Part shown: piece after piece, positions 19,020-28,388 of the stretch | How the letters are laid out: the number at the start of each line of letters is the position of its first letter | Position numbering within the stretch: the stretch's first letter is position 1 | Origin: Candidatus Krumholzibacteriota bacterium | GTDB taxonomy: Bacteria; Krumholzibacteriota; Krumholzibacteriia; JAJRXK01 | DNA: 64,000 nt | NCBI GenBank assembly: GCA_963764625.1 | Contig: CAVXTH010000006.1 | Coordinates: 586,029-650,028 of the forward strand | Reading direction: 5' to 3' | Notes under the pieces: generated by a model | Told to the model about the DNA's origin: nothing | Seen by the model: only the letters and a program-made list of their open reading frames with translations | Databases searched by the model: none | Made by a program: the position numbers and the translations under genes

Positions 19020-19891
19020 ACCGTATATTAACTCCTGCTTTGAATGCCTTCTTACACCCACGAGCCGATCTACGCGTCCCTCCGCTGCGCGCCGCCTACG
19101 CTCTGCTTCGCAGGAGCGTCCGGATCCGTTTGGAAGGCCGTCTCGAGGCCTTGGAAGCAGCACGCCAGGGATCACCGCGGATCTTTGCCTGCCGGCACGG
19201 TCAGCTCTTGCCGTTACTCTTCGCGGTCGAGCCCTACGGTCTCAGCATCGTGATCAGCAAGAGCCGCGATGGAGAGCTTCTGGCCGCACTGCTTGGCCCC
19301 TATGGTTTCGGATTCGTGCGGGGAAGCAGCTCCCTCGGGGGCCGAGTGGCCGCCCTGCAGGCCATGCGCGTGCTGGCGGGCGGCGCCAGTTTGGGAATCG
19401 CGGTGGATGGACCTCACGGACCTCGCGGTATGGTTCAGGAGGGGATCCTCCGTCTGGCCCGGCGCGCGGAGGTTCCCATCGTGCCCCTGGTGGCCAAAGG
19501 AAGCGCCAGAATCGTGCTGCGGCGGAGCTGGGATCACTTCGAACTTCCCCTGCCCGCCACCAGCGTGAAGGTCGAGGTCAAGAGTCCGGTCCTGGTGGGA
19601 ATGGGGAGCCGAGGGTCTGAACGTGGCCGGCCGCAACTTGGCGGCACGTCTCGAGGGGAACTGGAAGGAGACGGTCGCGCTGAACCCACCACCCCCGGCG
19701 CGTTCCTCCTATGGACATTCTGGATCGTAGAAGCTGGCCGGAGCGCTTGCTCAGCGCCCTGGACGAGAGCGACAATCCCTGGTCGCTTTTTTTCGAGCCG
19801 CCTTCGTGGGCATACCGTTGTGCCGCCTCGTGCGAGCGCAGGCTGCGGCCGCGCCGAAGCCTCCCCGAGCATGTTTTCAGTGTCGGCATAG
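19016..19891 (+). CDS. DUF374 (lysophospholipid-acyltransferase-like) protein; the C-terminal ~90 codons of the ORF look like out-of-frame read-through into lpxK, and a likely authentic C-terminus lies in another frame
   Basis: DUF374-like core (SLGIAVDGPHGPRG...PIVPL...SWDHFELPLP) up to about 19600. An alternative frame 19569-19728 encodes a plausible end ...VAGRNLAARLEGNWKETVALNPP*. Confidence 0.5.
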   Translation: MNRILTPALNAFLHPRADLRVPPLRAAYALLRRSVRIRLEGRLEALEAARQGSPRIFACRHGQLLPLLFAVEPYGLSIVISKSRDGELLAALLGPYGFGFVRGSSSLGGRVAALQAMRVLAGGASLGIAVDGPHGPRGMVQEGILRLARRAEVPIVPLVAKGSARIVLRRSWDHFELPLPATSVKVEVKSPVLVGMGSRGSERGRPQLGGTSRGELEGDGRAEPTTPGAFLLWTFWIVEAGRSACSAPWTRATIPGRFFSSRLRGHTVVPPRASAGCGRAEASPSMFSVSA

Positions 19892-20727
19892 GCAACCTGC
19901 GGGTGGGAGGAACCGGAAAGACCCCACTGGTCGGCTGGTTGGGTGGTGAGCTCAGCCAGAGAGGATTTCGCTGCGCGATCGTCAGCCGGGGATATCGCGC
20001 GCACGGGGGGGGCGACGAGCCGGAGTGGCTGAAGCAGCGGACCGGGGCCGCTGTCATCCTCGATTCGAATCGTCGCCGGGCCTTCGGGCGCGCGCTCCGT
20101 GAAGGAGCGCAAATCGTGATTCTCGATGATTCCCTCCAGGCCCGCGACCGGGCGTCGCTACAGATCGGCGTTCTACTGGCCCGGGACCTGATGAGCCCAC
20201 CGCGCGTACTTCCCGCGGGTCCCGCCCGGGAATCGATGAATGCCCTCTCGCGTTGCCAGCTTCTTTTGGTGCGCCTTGAAACGGGCGACCCTTTGAAGGA
20301 GCGGCTGGCCGAAGTAGCGCAAGCATACTGTGAGCAGGTGTATTTCTTTCGTCTTGTGCCACGGCAGCTCGTGCGGGCAAAGGGGGAAACGGCGGAACTT
20401 GCCGAACTGACAAGGCTGGGAACTTGCCTCCTGGTGAGTGGCCTGGCGCGACCGGAATCCTTTGAAGCGGATGCGCGCGAGACGGGAGCGCAGGTGGTAG
20501 CAAGTCTACGCTACTCCGACCATGCATCGTTCGACCCGAAACGGGCGCGGGAGATCGAGGGGATCGCTCACGAGCGAGAGGCGCGCGCGCTCCTCTGCCC
20601 CGAGAAGAACCTCACCCGGCTCGCGGCACTTGGGCTCTCCCTGCCGTTGTGGGCGCTTCGTTCTCAGATCGAATGGGAAGGGGAGGATCCCCTGCCGTGG
20701 GTTCTGCAGGCCGCGGGCGCCAAATAA
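19711..20727 (+). CDS. lpxK: tetraacyldisaccharide 4'-kinase
   Basis: P-loop VGNLRVGGTGKTP at the position expected for LpxK; 338 aa. Confidence 0.85.
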   Translation: MDILDRRSWPERLLSALDESDNPWSLFFEPPSWAYRCAASCERRLRPRRSLPEHVFSVGIGNLRVGGTGKTPLVGWLGGELSQRGFRCAIVSRGYRAHGGGDEPEWLKQRTGAAVILDSNRRRAFGRALREGAQIVILDDSLQARDRASLQIGVLLARDLMSPPRVLPAGPARESMNALSRCQLLLVRLETGDPLKERLAEVAQAYCEQVYFFRLVPRQLVRAKGETAELAELTRLGTCLLVSGLARPESFEADARETGAQVVASLRYSDHASFDPKRAREIEGIAHEREARALLCPEKNLTRLAALGLSLPLWALRSQIEWEGEDPLPWVLQAAGAK

Positions 20728-20732
20728 AAGCG

Positions 20733-20763
20733 CGGCGAGTCCCAGAGGACCCGCCGCGCGAGG
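20733..20763. terminator. bidirectional hairpin between the convergent lpxK and the minus-strand lipoprotein gene
   Basis: GCGCGGCGAGTCC / GGACCCGCCGCGC inverted repeat (12 of 13 bp) with a 4-nt loop. Confidence 0.45.
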
Positions 20764-20785
20764 GGCTTCCGAATGTGCGCTTATG

Positions 20786-21370
20786 TCAATTGATGACGAC
20801 GCCGATGAATTGCACCGGAATGGACGCGCCGAAGGAGTAGATGGTCGAGGTCGAACCCGACTCGTGTCCGGTAAAGGTCACCTTCGCCTGCGCAAAGAAG
20901 GGCGGATCGCCAGTGGCCAGTCCTTGCAGGAAGGGCTGCAATTTCATGTCAAAGGTCACCAGAGGGATGGCGAATTCGGCATCGGTGCCGCGCTTCACGA
21001 GCTGGCTGAAATCGAAGGCACGATCGTAGGCCGGCAGTTGGTCCGCGGCCGTTCCCAGGACCAGCGGTTGCCACTGGACCGTCACGCGATCGATGACGAA
21101 GGCGCCGAAGGGATCCGTTTCGGTCGCGGTGGTGAATTCGTTGTAGGCCCGGTTGCGAACGATGACCTTCACGCTTCCCTCGGGAATGAAGTCGTCGGCG
21201 GTGCCGACGGTCTCGTCGCTGCCCGGATCGAGCTGCGCATCCACCACGGGAGCGCCGTCGTTGACGGAGACGACCTCCATCACGCTGCGGCCGATGCCGT
21301 TATCGGAACAGCCCGCGAAAAGAAACAGACTCAGGCCCACGACTAGAAGTAGATGAACTTTGGTACGCAC
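20786..21370 (-). CDS. hypothetical lipoprotein (signal peptide plus lipobox LFAGC)
   Basis: GTG start with GGAGGA RBS; N-terminus VRTKVHLLLVVGLSLFLFAGCSDNG. The minus ORF upstream of this start overlaps the nadB promoter region and is not credible as coding. Confidence 0.6.
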   Translation of the reverse strand: MRTKVHLLLVVGLSLFLFAGCSDNGIGRSVMEVVSVNDGAPVVDAQLDPGSDETVGTADDFIPEGSVKVIVRNRAYNEFTTATETDPFGAFVIDRVTVQWQPLVLGTAADQLPAYDRAFDFSQLVKRGTDAEFAIPLVTFDMKLQPFLQGLATGDPPFFAQAKVTFTGHESGSTSTIYSFGASIPVQFIGVVIN

Positions 21371-21685
21371 GGAAGTCCTCCCCTGCACGGCACCTGTGGC
21401 CGTGAAGTTGGAAAAAGCCAATCGAGACCCAAAAGCGCCGTCCCGGGTCACGTCTCCTGGGCAGCAAGGCGTATGCCACCGGAACTGGGGATCTAATCGG
21501 ATTGATTCCAAGGGGATACAGCGCTGTACGAGCTCGCGGCGCGGCGCCACTGCGGCAGCTTGCGCAGATCTCGCCTCCAAGGGGCTGCAAGCTGCAATTC
21601 GGGACTCGGGGTCCTCGATGCTTCCCCTTTCGCCATCGAGCGCCCTTTGGCCTACTCTATGGGCGCTAATAGCGAAAGGATCCCG

Positions 21686-23320
21686 ATGCGATCGCTCAGC
21701 TCCTCGGTGGATGTCCTGGTCATCGGAAGCGGACTGGCTGGCCTGCGGGCGGCCCTGAGCCTGGCCAAGACCGCCAAAGTGCGCCTGGTGACTAAGGCAC
21801 GCGACCACCACAGCAACACCAATCGGGCCCAGGGCGGCATCGCGGCGGTGTTGGGCTCCGATGACGATTTCGCCCTCCATGTCGCAGATACGCTCACGGC
21901 CGGTGCTGGCCTCTGCCACGAAGATCGGGTCCGGGCGATGGTCGAGAACGCTCCCCGTCTCATCGATGGCTTACTCGCGGTCGGAATGGACTTCGATCGC
22001 AAGGCGGATGGAAGCTACGAGATGGGTCGCGAGGGGGGGCACAGCCGCCGGCGCGTGGTCCACTCCGGGGACTTCACCGGCCGGGCGGTGGAGCAGTCCA
22101 TGCTGGCCGCAGTGCGCGCCCATCCTTCAGTCCAGGTGCTGGAAGATCATTTCGCGATCGATCTTCTCAAAGATGAGAAGGGCCGCGTGGTGGGCGCGTT
22201 GGTCTGGGATGAACGCGGCGGCGAGGCCCTGGCCAATCTCGCGCAGTACACCGTCCTGGCCACCGGCGGGTCGGGAAAGGTCTACCGCTACACCACCAAT
22301 CCCGACATCGCGACCGGGGACGGCGTGGCCATGGCCTGGCGGGCGGGTGCCACGGTGGGGAATCTCGAATTCGAACAGTTTCATCCTACTTGTCTCTACC
22401 ACCCATCGGCCAAGAGTTTCCTCATCAGCGAAGCGGTACGGGGAGAGGGGGCGGTCCTGCGCACCCTCGATGGCGAGGCCTTCATGCCTCGCTATCATGA
22501 ACTTGCGGATCTGGCGCCGCGGGACATTGTGGCTCGTGCAATCGATACCGAGATGAAAGCGCGCGGCGACAAACACGTCTTGCTCGATGCCACGGTCATC
22601 CCCGCCGAATTGGCCTCTCGGCGGTTCCCCAACATTCGCGCCCGGTGCCTGGAGTTCGGAATCGATCTCACGCGCGACATGATTCCGGTGGTGCCAGCGG
22701 CGCACTACGCCTGCGGAGGAGTGGTGACGGACCAACGCGGCGCAAGTGACCTCGAGGGTCTCTTCGTGGTGGGGGAGTCAGCCCTCACCGGCATCCATGG
22801 AGCCAACCGCCTGGCTTCCAACAGTCTGCTCGAGGCTCTCTACTACGGCGAGAAGGCGGCGGAGGAGATTACCCTGCGACTGGCGAACGAATCTCGTCCC
22901 ATCAAGTCGGCCATCATTCCCGATTTGGGCAGTGAGGCGCAGGAGCCCACGCCCTTGCGACACGACTGGGAGACCGCTCGTAAGACGATGTGGAACTACG
23001 TGGGAATCCAGCGCGATCTGGATCGGCTCGGGGTGGCGCAGCGGCGCATGGACGACATGGCGGCCGAGGCGGAGCGCTCGTACGGGACGCAACGGCCGAG
23101 CGTCGACCTGTTGGAACTGAGAAACGTCACGCTTCTAGGAAGCCTCGTGGTGCGCTGCGCCACCTTTCGCAAGGAGAGCCGTGGGCTCCACGCTCTGGCG
23201 CAGTATCCGGACGTGAACGATGAAGAATTCTTGGGCGACACCTGCATTCGCCTGAACGAAGAAGCCCACCTTCGACCCTTGAAGGCGGAGAAAGCCAATG
23301 CGACTCGCGACCGCGTTTGA
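21686..23320 (+). CDS. nadB: L-aspartate oxidase
   Basis: FAD-binding DVLVIGSGLAGL; succinate-DH/fumarate-reductase flavoprotein-like body; about 544 aa. Confidence 0.8.
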   Translation: MRSLSSSVDVLVIGSGLAGLRAALSLAKTAKVRLVTKARDHHSNTNRAQGGIAAVLGSDDDFALHVADTLTAGAGLCHEDRVRAMVENAPRLIDGLLAVGMDFDRKADGSYEMGREGGHSRRRVVHSGDFTGRAVEQSMLAAVRAHPSVQVLEDHFAIDLLKDEKGRVVGALVWDERGGEALANLAQYTVLATGGSGKVYRYTTNPDIATGDGVAMAWRAGATVGNLEFEQFHPTCLYHPSAKSFLISEAVRGEGAVLRTLDGEAFMPRYHELADLAPRDIVARAIDTEMKARGDKHVLLDATVIPAELASRRFPNIRARCLEFGIDLTRDMIPVVPAAHYACGGVVTDQRGASDLEGLFVVGESALTGIHGANRLASNSLLEALYYGEKAAEEITLRLANESRPIKSAIIPDLGSEAQEPTPLRHDWETARKTMWNYVGIQRDLDRLGVAQRRMDDMAAEAERSYGTQRPSVDLLELRNVTLLGSLVVRCATFRKESRGLHALAQYPDVNDEEFLGDTCIRLNEEAHLRPLKAEKANATRDRV

Positions 23321-24116
23321 CGGCACCTTCTATCCCGCCGAGCCTGACGCTCTGGCGGAGGTGGTCGATCATTTCCTCGACCGCGCTCCGGCAGCTCCCG
23401 AGGGAAAGATCCTGGGAGCGGTCGTCCCGCACGCGGGCTACATCTATTCGGGAATGACCGCGGGAATGGCCTTCGGCGCCTTCCGCGGGCTAAAGCCCGA
23501 AGCAGTGATCCTTCTGGGCCCCAGTCATCGCGTCCGCCTGCGGGGGATTCGGGTGCTTCATGCAGACGGTTTCGAAAGCCCCCTGGGCACGCTCCCCGTC
23601 GATGCAGAACTCAGGGCCGAACTGCTCATCCTGTTGGGGCCCGGCGCGGAAGGTCCCGCGTTTTGTGAGCACTCGGTCGAGGTGCAGCTTCCCTTTCTTG
23701 CCCGCGCATTGCCCCAGGTCCCGGTGATCGAAATCGTCTTCGGCCCCTGGGAGGAACGAGATATCCAGCGCGTGGCGAAAGCCCTTCTGGCGCTGCAGCG
23801 AAGACACGAGATCTTGGTCGTGGCCAGCAGCGATCTCTCGCACTATTACGATCACCATCGGGCGAAGGTTCTGGACCAGCGATTCCGCGAACTGCTGCTC
23901 CACGAAGACAGCGTTCGCCTGGGGGAGGCTCTGAGAAGGGGAGAGACGGAGGCCTGTGGCGCGGGACCAGTTCTCACCCTCATGAATCTCACCGAGGCGC
24001 TGGGGGGCCGTTTCGAGGCAATTCACCAGTGCGACAGCAGCCAGGCGAGCGGTGACGAGAGCCAGGTCGTCGGATATATTTCCGCTTTGGCCCTACTTCC
24101 CGGGGAGACCGGATGA
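23298..24116 (+). CDS. MEMO1-family protein (AmmeMemoRadiSam system protein B-like)
   Basis: Conserved AVVPHAGYIYSGMTAG and DLSHYY motifs of the MEMO1/extradiol-dioxygenase-like family; 272 aa. Confidence 0.7.
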   Translation: MRLATAFDGTFYPAEPDALAEVVDHFLDRAPAAPEGKILGAVVPHAGYIYSGMTAGMAFGAFRGLKPEAVILLGPSHRVRLRGIRVLHADGFESPLGTLPVDAELRAELLILLGPGAEGPAFCEHSVEVQLPFLARALPQVPVIEIVFGPWEERDIQRVAKALLALQRRHEILVVASSDLSHYYDHHRAKVLDQRFRELLLHEDSVRLGEALRRGETEACGAGPVLTLMNLTEALGGRFEAIHQCDSSQASGDESQVVGYISALALLPGETG

Positions 24117-24853
24117 AGCCATGGTACGAAACGGCGTTTGGCGACTTCTACCTCGAACTCTACTCCCACCGAGATCTAGCGGAGGCCGAAAAGGTCCTCG
24201 GCCTGGCGTTCGCGCACGATGAGCTGCGAGACAAAACGGTGATCGACGTCGCATGCGGAGCCGGCCGCTACCTCGAAGAACTGCAGAAGCGAGGGGCGTG
24301 GGCGATGGGAGTGGATCTCTCATCTACCTTGCTGCGCGCGGCCAAGGAACACGACTCTCGCCTGCGCCTGGCGCGTGCCGACATGCGGGTCCTTCCCCTT
24401 CTTGATCACGCAATGGACTGGGCGCTGTCTCTGTTTACTTCTTTCGGCTACTTCGAGAGCGTGGAGGAGCATCGAGAGCTGGCGGCCGAACTCACTCGCG
24501 TGGTCAAGAGAGGAGTGATCGTGGATATTCCCAATCCACGCTTTCTCGAAAGTGCGCTGGCGCCGGAGAGTTCACGGGTGGTGGCGAATCACCGCATCGA
24601 GGAGCGGCGTCGTCTTCTGAATGATCCGCGTCGCGTAGTGAAGCGAGTGCGGATTCATGACCTCAAAGGCGTACTCGTCCAAGAATACGAGGAGCGCGTC
24701 ATGCTCTTCTCGCAGGCGACTTTCGTGGAGTTGTTCGAGGCAGCCGGTCTGTCGGTGACGGGAATGTACGGCGACTATGAAGGTTCTCCGTTTCGCGAGG
24801 AGGAAAGCCCTCGGCAACTGGGACGCTTCGAACGGGTAGGGAGCCGCGTATGA
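24113..24853 (+). CDS. class I SAM-dependent methyltransferase (candidate N-methyl-bacillithiol methyltransferase)
   Basis: SAM-binding motif I VIDVACGAGRY; 246 aa; translationally coupled to bshC. Confidence 0.6.
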   Translation: MKPWYETAFGDFYLELYSHRDLAEAEKVLGLAFAHDELRDKTVIDVACGAGRYLEELQKRGAWAMGVDLSSTLLRAAKEHDSRLRLARADMRVLPLLDHAMDWALSLFTSFGYFESVEEHRELAAELTRVVKRGVIVDIPNPRFLESALAPESSRVVANHRIEERRRLLNDPRRVVKRVRIHDLKGVLVQEYEERVMLFSQATFVELFEAAGLSVTGMYGDYEGSPFREEESPRQLGRFERVGSRV

Positions 24854-26448
24854 GCGGGGGACTATTCACCGATTCCAACCCCCTGGTTGCGTTCGAGGCT
24901 TCGCCTGGAATGTCCGAGTACGCGAAGCGTTGGCTGGAGGCAGACGAGTCGCTGCCCGCGCCGGCCAGTCTGCGTCTCTACGCGGAGGCTCCACGATCTC
25001 GATCGGGCTCCGCCTTCCAGGACGCCGCGTTCTCGGCCGAGCTGCGCAACCGTCATCACGCTCTGAAGGCCAGCGAGGCCTCGCTGGCGAACGTGGGGGC
25101 GCTGGCGAAGGGGGCTCCCTGCGTCATCACCGGGCAGCAGCCCAGCTTGCTGGGCGGACCGCTGTACTGTGCGTGGAAACTCGCGGGAGCGGTCGGGCTG
25201 GCGGCTTCGCTCTCGCGCGAGCTCGGCCGCGAAGTCGTCCCCGTGTATTGGTGCGGCGCGGATGACTCGGATTTCGAGGAGGCTCGCCGGGCCTGGCTCT
25301 GGAATTCCGAGTCCGGAGCGGTGCGGGCGGAACTCGCCAAGGCGCTGGCGCGCCCCGGGGAGATGGTGGGTTCTATTTCGGGAGCCGAAATCGAAACGGT
25401 GGAGCGCAACGCACTCCGAGCGATGGGCGCGAATTCCCACGGCGAACTCGTGAAGTGGTTCGAGACGATGGAACCGTCTTGGGATCTGGGCGAGCGCAGT
25501 CAGGCGCTCTATCTGAAGCTCTTCGCGCAAGCCGGTTTGGTGGTGGTCGACGCGCGTTCGGGGCGCTTGCGCGAGCTGGGACGCGAGCTCATGACCCGCT
25601 ACGCGCAGGTACGCGCCGAAGTGGCTTCGGCGGTGGAGAAGCGAGGAGAAGCGTTGCGGCGCGCGGGTCTGTCGGTGGCACTCCATCCGGCCGCCATCCA
25701 CAGTGGACTCTTTCGAGTGCGCGAGGGACGCAGAGAAAAACTTGAACCACAGGAGATCCTGCCCGCGTGCGAGGCCAACGACGACCTCAGTCCGGCCGTT
25801 CTATTGCGTCCGGTGCTCCAGGACGCGTTGTTGGCTCCCATCGCCGCCGTCCTTGGTCCCTCCGAGCTGCACTATCACGCGCAGCTCGCGCCGGTCTACG
25901 AGATTCTGGCGGTAGAAGCGGCGTCGCCGGCGCTGCGGCCGCAGTTGACTTTCCTGCCACCGGACCTTGCCTGGCCCGCTTCTATGGCCCGTCAGAGAGC
26001 GCTCCTGCAGGGCGGAGACACCGCGCGACAGGTCCTGGGCGTCCTGTCGATTCCCCACGACTGGGAAGAGGCGAGGCACAAGCTGAGCGACTCGATCGAG
26101 GCGGCGCTACGGGAGTTCGAAGCGACTCTCGGAGAGGTGGCGGAACAGTCGAAGATCTCCCGCACCCTGCAGAAGCTGCGGGAGGCCGGGGAGAGAATCG
26201 AGGAGACGCTCGCCGCGCAGTCGTTGAAGACCAGGAGCGAGAAAGATCGCTCCCTTTTGCTCGTGCCCGATCTCCTCGGCCTTCGCGGAGCCCCCCAGGA
26301 GAGGACCTACTCGGCGGTGGTGGCGTGGGAGTGGTTCGGCAGCTCCTTCGTGGACCACCTAAAAGAGCTGGCAGGCCGCTACGCACTCGACCTGAAAGAA
26401 GGCCGGGCACCAATCTACCGGGCGCGCATGCCCAGGGAGAAGACATGA
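24850..26448 (+). CDS. bshC: putative bacillithiol biosynthesis cysteine-adding enzyme BshC
   Basis: 532 aa, close to the BshC/YllA size of about 540 aa; operon position immediately upstream of bshB-bshA. Family assignment rests on context and size, not on motifs I can verify. Confidence 0.5.
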   Translation: MSGGLFTDSNPLVAFEASPGMSEYAKRWLEADESLPAPASLRLYAEAPRSRSGSAFQDAAFSAELRNRHHALKASEASLANVGALAKGAPCVITGQQPSLLGGPLYCAWKLAGAVGLAASLSRELGREVVPVYWCGADDSDFEEARRAWLWNSESGAVRAELAKALARPGEMVGSISGAEIETVERNALRAMGANSHGELVKWFETMEPSWDLGERSQALYLKLFAQAGLVVVDARSGRLRELGRELMTRYAQVRAEVASAVEKRGEALRRAGLSVALHPAAIHSGLFRVREGRREKLEPQEILPACEANDDLSPAVLLRPVLQDALLAPIAAVLGPSELHYHAQLAPVYEILAVEAASPALRPQLTFLPPDLAWPASMARQRALLQGGDTARQVLGVLSIPHDWEEARHKLSDSIEAALREFEATLGEVAEQSKISRTLQKLREAGERIEETLAAQSLKTRSEKDRSLLLVPDLLGLRGAPQERTYSAVVAWEWFGSSFVDHLKELAGRYALDLKEGRAPIYRARMPREKT

Positions 26449-27188
26449 ACCGCAGACCCCGCGAAGCTCGCGTCGACGCTCTCTTCCTGTCTCCGCACCC
26501 GGACGACGTCGAGTTGTTTTGCGGCGGCACCGTGGCCAGGCTGGTGGAGCTGGGGCACGAGGTCGCTCTCACCGACCTGACGCGCGGAGAGATGGCGAGC
26601 AATGGCACGGCAGAGGAGCGACGAGAAGCGAGTCTTCGCGCCGCGAGAGCCCTCGGAGTGGCGGGCGAGCGCCGCGTGCTCGACTTTCCCGACGGGGGGG
26701 TAAGCCCGGGCGATCCCCACCAGCTCGAGGTTATGGTCGAGCTGCTGCGCGAACTCCGTCCGCGCGTGCTCTTTCTACCCCATCGCGTCGATCGACACCC
26801 AGACCACGTGGCGGCCGGTCTCCTGGCCCGGCGTGCGAGCTTCTTTGCGGGAGTCCACCGTTTCGAAGCTGAGGGCGAACCCTACCGCCCCGAGCTCGTG
26901 GTCGCCTACCCGTGTCATACTCCGACCCGGGTTTCGTTCACGGTGGACGTGAGCGGTGTGATCGAGAAACGACGGCAGGCCATCGCCTGTTACGAGAGTC
27001 AGTTCCAGGCCGGTCCGAAGTCCAAAGCGACTCTCATCAATCACCCGGGCTTTCTCGCCGCGCGTGAGGCGCGCCTGCGTGAGTGGGGATTCGCTTGCGG
27101 AGTCGAGTTCGCCGAGGGATTCGTTCTGGAAGAACCGCTTCTTCTCGCCGATCCCCTGGCAATTCTCGGCCGCGGGAGAGGGCAATGA
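26445..27188 (+). CDS. bshB: PIG-L family N-acetylglucosaminyl-malate deacetylase BshB
   Basis: PIG-L/LmbE motifs (LFLSPHPDDVELFCGGT, HPDH); 247 aa; overlaps the bshA start. Confidence 0.75.
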   Translation: MNRRPREARVDALFLSPHPDDVELFCGGTVARLVELGHEVALTDLTRGEMASNGTAEERREASLRAARALGVAGERRVLDFPDGGVSPGDPHQLEVMVELLRELRPRVLFLPHRVDRHPDHVAAGLLARRASFFAGVHRFEAEGEPYRPELVVAYPCHTPTRVSFTVDVSGVIEKRRQAIACYESQFQAGPKSKATLINHPGFLAAREARLREWGFACGVEFAEGFVLEEPLLLADPLAILGRGRGQ

Positions 27189-28336
27189 ACGCGACGAAAT
27201 ATCGCATCGGGATGACTTCCTTCGCCGCGCAGGGCGGAAGTGGAGTGGTGGCCAGCGAATTGGGATTGGCTCTGGCCTCCCGTGGTCACGAAGTTCACTT
27301 CATTGCCAATGCTCTGCCGGTACGCCTGCGCGAGTTCGAGCCCAAGGTGTTCTTTCACGAGGTGCAGACGGTTCAATACCCGGCCTTTCCCCACGCGCCG
27401 TATACCCTGGCGCTGGCCACCAAGATGACGGAGGTCGCGCGCTACCACGATCTCGAGATTCTGCACGTACACTACGCGATTCCCCACGCGGCGAGCGCTT
27501 ACCTCGCCCAGAAGATGTTGGCTCCTAGCGGAATCAAAGTGGTCACGACGCTTCACGGCACCGACATTACTCTGGTAGGTCAAGAGCCGAGCTTCTGGCC
27601 GCTGACTCAGTTCTTGATCGAGCAGAGCGACGTGGTCACCGCGGTGAGCCACGACCTGGCGCAGCAAACTCGGCAGATCTTTCGCACCGACCGCGAGATT
27701 CGGGTCATCTACAATTTCGTCGACCCGGGACATTTTCGGCCCCGTCCCGACCTGAAGCGAAACAACCCGCTGGCCCCCGCCGGGGAGAAAGTGTTGCTCC
27801 ACGCGAGTAATCTCCGGCCGGTGAAGAACGTCGAGACGGTTGTGAGGGTGTTCGCCCGCGTGGTGGCCGAAGTCAAGTGTCGCCTGGTCATCGTGGGAGA
27901 CGGGCCGGAAAGGGGACCGGCGGAGCGACTCGCGGAGAAGATGGGAGTTTGCGACAGGGTTACCTTCTTGGGCGCGCGGGAATCGATGGAGGAGCTCATG
28001 GCCATGGCCGACGTGCTGCTGTTGCCGAGCGAGCACGAGTCGTTCGGGCTCGTCGCGCTCGAGGCGATGAGTGCGCAGACGCCGGTGGTGGCCTCCAAGC
28101 GCGGCGGTCTGCCCGAACTCATCGAAGATGGGGAAACCGGCTTTCTCCACGAACCCGAGGACATCGAAGGGCAGAGCGCCTCGGTCCTCCGGCTGCTCCG
28201 CGATGAGGCCCTGGCCAAGAAAATGGGAGAGCGGGCGCGAGAGGTGGCCAAGGAACGCTTTTGCACCGATTGTATTCTGGACTCGTATCTCGATATGTAT
28301 CATGAGATTAGAGATGGGTCATCCTCCGTGGGTTGA
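27185..28336 (+). CDS. bshA: N-acetyl-alpha-D-glucosaminyl L-malate synthase BshA (GT4)
   Basis: N-terminus KYRIGMTSFAAQGGSGVVASELGLALASRGHEVHFI closely resembles the BshA consensus; E-x7-E GT4 C-terminal domain. Confidence 0.8.
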   Translation: MNATKYRIGMTSFAAQGGSGVVASELGLALASRGHEVHFIANALPVRLREFEPKVFFHEVQTVQYPAFPHAPYTLALATKMTEVARYHDLEILHVHYAIPHAASAYLAQKMLAPSGIKVVTTLHGTDITLVGQEPSFWPLTQFLIEQSDVVTAVSHDLAQQTRQIFRTDREIRVIYNFVDPGHFRPRPDLKRNNPLAPAGEKVLLHASNLRPVKNVETVVRVFARVVAEVKCRLVIVGDGPERGPAERLAEKMGVCDRVTFLGARESMEELMAMADVLLLPSEHESFGLVALEAMSAQTPVVASKRGGLPELIEDGETGFLHEPEDIEGQSASVLRLLRDEALAKKMGERAREVAKERFCTDCILDSYLDMYHEIRDGSSSVG

Positions 28337-28388
28337 CAGAACGCGCCGCTGCTCTAGACTCTCTTGAAGCCCACGGGAATTTTCGAGG

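Noticed and set aside
18973-19620. Internal plus-strand alternative-frame ORFs inside lpxB/DUF374 (18973-19620, 19269-19568) and many similar 60-200-aa overlapping ORFs in the track
   Set aside because: Embedded in other frames of confirmed genes; Arg/Pro/Gly-rich composition; no independent support. One exception is the 19569-19728 stretch, which I interpret as the frameshifted DUF374 C-terminus
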